Source: Antechinus flavipes
Taxonomy: Eukaryota
DNA: 64,000 nt
NCBI RefSeq assembly: GCF_016432865.1
Contig: NC_067403.1
Location: 256,804,001-256,868,000, forward strand
Direction: 5' to 3'
Positions within the stretch are counted from its first letter, which is position 1. Each line of letters begins with the position of its first letter. Under the pieces are notes generated by a model that saw only the letters and a list, made by a program, of their open reading frames with translations, was not told the DNA's origin and searched no databases. Below are positions 61,431-64,000 of the stretch, piece after piece. The position numbers and the translations under genes were made by a program.

Positions 61431-61606
61431 AAAGGGTGAGATACCCAGATTAACAATTGGCATACTAATTTGTTTTATGAATTGCCCGGGCCGGGACGGG
61501 TACTGGTACTTTTGGGCAGCCAGGTGTTGCAGTGGAGGAAATGCTGATCCTGAAGTCACTAGGACTCATCTTCCCAAGTTCAAATCTGGCCACAGACACC
61601 TCCTGT

Positions 61607-62050
61607 TGTGCCAGTTCCCTTTTGATGTCCTGACCTAGTTTCCCCATTGTCCTATCTGCCTCAGGTTATGACCTTTTCCTCTTAATGTTTGATAGGGATA
61701 AAGGTCTTAAGATATAAGATTTTAGGCTATACTTATTCCCTCTTAATGTTTAATGGGATAAAGGTCTTTTTCCATTTTAGACATCATTAGAATATCAGGA
61801 GCCCTTCCAGTACCTCCCATTATGTCATCCTAGGTGCCTCCCCCTATTTAGGCCAACCCCATCCAGGGACCTCCCCCGTTATGTCATTGTTCTTGTTATC
61901 CTATAAAAAAGCTTGCTGTCTGATTGAGAGGATAGTCTCGGCCAGTCCTGGGACCAAACATGGATCCATTGGTCCCAATATATCTCTCCATTTAATAAAT
62001 GACTAAATTGTTCTCTAATCTCTATCTTGCTCAGTTTCTCCAGCATTACA
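61607..62050 (+). mobile_element. Solo ERV LTR (about 444 bp) inserted in a CORE-SINE
   Basis: TG...CA ends; tataaa near 61903; AATAAA at 61994; internal ~30-bp direct repeat cctcttaatgttt...gggataaaggtctt; SINE resumes (gtgtgaccctgggcaagtcac). Confidence 0.75.
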
Positions 62051-63289
62051 GTGTGACCCTGGGCAAGTCACTAAATCCCATTTCCCTCATGTTCCTCATC
62101 TGTAAAACGAGCTGGAGAAGGAAATGACAAAGGTCTTCAGTATCTGTGCCAAGAAAACCTTAAATGGGGTCACAAAGACTCAGACCTGACTGAAGAACTG
62201 AAATTTTATCACAGAATCGCCATATTTGAGAACTGATTTCACCCTCCATCTAACCCTGACTCACATCAAGGGTCACTGAGACTACCTGAAGGACCCCCAA
62301 GGAACGGAGCCAGTAATGACAGTAGCCAGCATTTGACCGGCACCTACTGTGTGCCGGGGATGGTGCTTTAACACTGGGCAAGTAACGTCTCATCTGATCT
62401 TCGGAAGCGTAATGTTGCGGTTAGCTTTCTGGAGGGCCTCCCAATGGGCCTTGCTTTCAGGGGAGAAGTGGAGGCACGGGAGCCGCCATGAAGCTGGTCA
62501 AGCCTTGTCTTCCGTGGCTGATTTTGTCCCAGTTGATATGCCTACTACAATGACATCATTACAGTATATTGAATATAAGCCAACCATTATGTCACTAGGG
62601 AACCATTATTTGTGGCAAGGTTAAATCAGTCATACTGAACCAGAGAACTATTGTTGATTCCACTGAGTTCTGGCCCATTACACCGAACAACTCTGGTTGG
62701 TAGCCACTATTATTCTCTTCATTTTTCAGTTGAGGAAACTGAGGTAGGCAGGGGGTCACCCAGTGCGTTAGTGTCCGAAGCTGGGTTTGAACTCACAAAG
62801 TTGAGGCTGCACCAGCCACCCACCTGCCACCTTTTAAATCGGCCCCAAAGCGGTCGAGGTGGCCGGTGGCCGACTCCATTCTTGGACAGCTCTCACCAAC
62901 AGGAAGTTTTTTCAGAACCAAGTCTTTGGGGAAAGATTCTGGTTCAAATCACCAGTTTTCCCAGTGGGAGCATCCCAGGATCCCCCAGTCTGACTTTGTA
63001 GACAATGAAGTCACACTGGAGTCAGGTGTTAAAAAGAACAGACTAAGAGCATCCCTTCTGGTCTGATGGGATAAAAGGGGGAGATACCAGGTGGTTCATC
63101 CTTCCCTTTGGCGCTGCTATCTGTTCTAGACACTATCTAGAACATTTCCCTCATCCTACAGTTCAAGAAGCACATTTCAAAAACTCTCATGGCAAAGCTT
63201 TTTTGAGTCAGACGCTCCCTCTGTAATCACTATTTTCTGGAGAATGTTTAACAAGCAGCTCCCCAGAAGGAAGAAAAATGTGCCCAGAA

Positions 63290-63650
63290 TAAACTTTTAT
63301 TTTTTGATGGTATTTTCTTTTTCCAAATATATGTATGGGTTTTCAACATTCATTTTGGTAAAACTGTTGCAGATTTCTCCCTCCTTCCCTTCCTTCCTCC
63401 CTCCCTAAAACAGCAAGTAATCTGATAGAGGTTAAACTCGGGCAGTTCTTTTAAACTTATTTGCAGTATTTGTCATATTATACAAGAAAAATCAAATCAA
63501 AAGGGAAAAAAAAACACAAGGAAGAAAAAAAAATCAAGCAAACAAGACACTCACAAAAAAGGGGAAATACTGGGCTTTGTAAAACTGGCATTTTACACGA
63601 TAAACTTTTACGTTTCATTTACATCATTAACATTCTCTCATCACTTTCTT
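63290..63650 (-). mobile_element. L1 3' UTR fragment
   Basis: Same antisense 3' UTR pattern as other marsupial L1 ends in this window. Confidence 0.55.
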
Positions 63651-64000
63651 AAGCTCAGACAATCCACAGCAATAAGTCAAGTCTTAATTTGTGCATTTGC
63701 TGACCGGAGATGCAAAAGTTCATGGTGAAAACTTAACAACCGGCTTTCTCAGCAGGCTAGAGATGATCCCACGGACTTCTGCTTGGGCTTCGATTCCATA
63801 TCCACGGCTTCTTTGCCCGTGCCCATGGAGCCGGATGGAGAAGCTGTTTGGGTGCCTTCACGTCTGAGGAAACCATTTCTTCCAGCTCCAAAGAGCCAAC
63901 ACCGGGGAGATTTCCAGAACAGATTCAAAATGTCATTCTTGGTGATGGGCCAGTGATCCAGGGAGGCCTTGGGCAAAGCGAGGGGTGGGGGCGGGGACAG

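Noticed and set aside
45200-64000. RBM4B or SPTBN2 coding exons expected from human synteny
   Set aside because: No RRM, zinc-knuckle or spectrin-like peptide in any frame of the ORF track or by eye.
63740-64000. Exon-like stretch after ctttctcagcag with a frame running off the window
   Set aside because: No homology recognised and no donor visible; cannot be evaluated without downstream sequence.
1-64000. CRISPR arrays, rRNA or tRNA genes, prokaryotic systems
   Set aside because: None seen; tRNA-like box motifs occur only as heads of CORE-SINEs.

Overview
Mammalian genomic DNA, almost certainly marsupial and probably dasyurid-like (WSINE1-type SINEs, BovB/RTE, marsupial L1 3' ends). It is syntenic to human 11q13.2. 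Gene order: CCDC87 (-, single exon) head-to-head with CCS (+, 8 exons, 282 aa); about 15 kb of nested transposable elements; RBM14 (+, 3 exons, 675 aa, last exon partly in a 132-N gap); RBM4 (+, 364 aa, non-coding first and last exons); about 19 kb with no recognisable coding exon, containing an unassigned CpG-island promoter at about 58-59.8 kb. All spliced models were rebuilt by hand from GT/AG sites and close in frame. Best leads: a near-perfect pre-miRNA-like hairpin (11.4 kb); an LTR-family element with 35-bp terminal inverted repeats and a 6-bp TSD (23.1 kb); an RBM4 mosaic of RBM4A and RBM4B residues with no RBM4B in view; near-100% GC3 in RBM4 exon 2, which opens the RBM14-RBM4 read-through alternative frame; candidate poison/terminal exons; and the orphan promoter. 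No clearly new multi-gene system is demonstrable from sequence alone. Human comparisons are from memory and need alignment to confirm.
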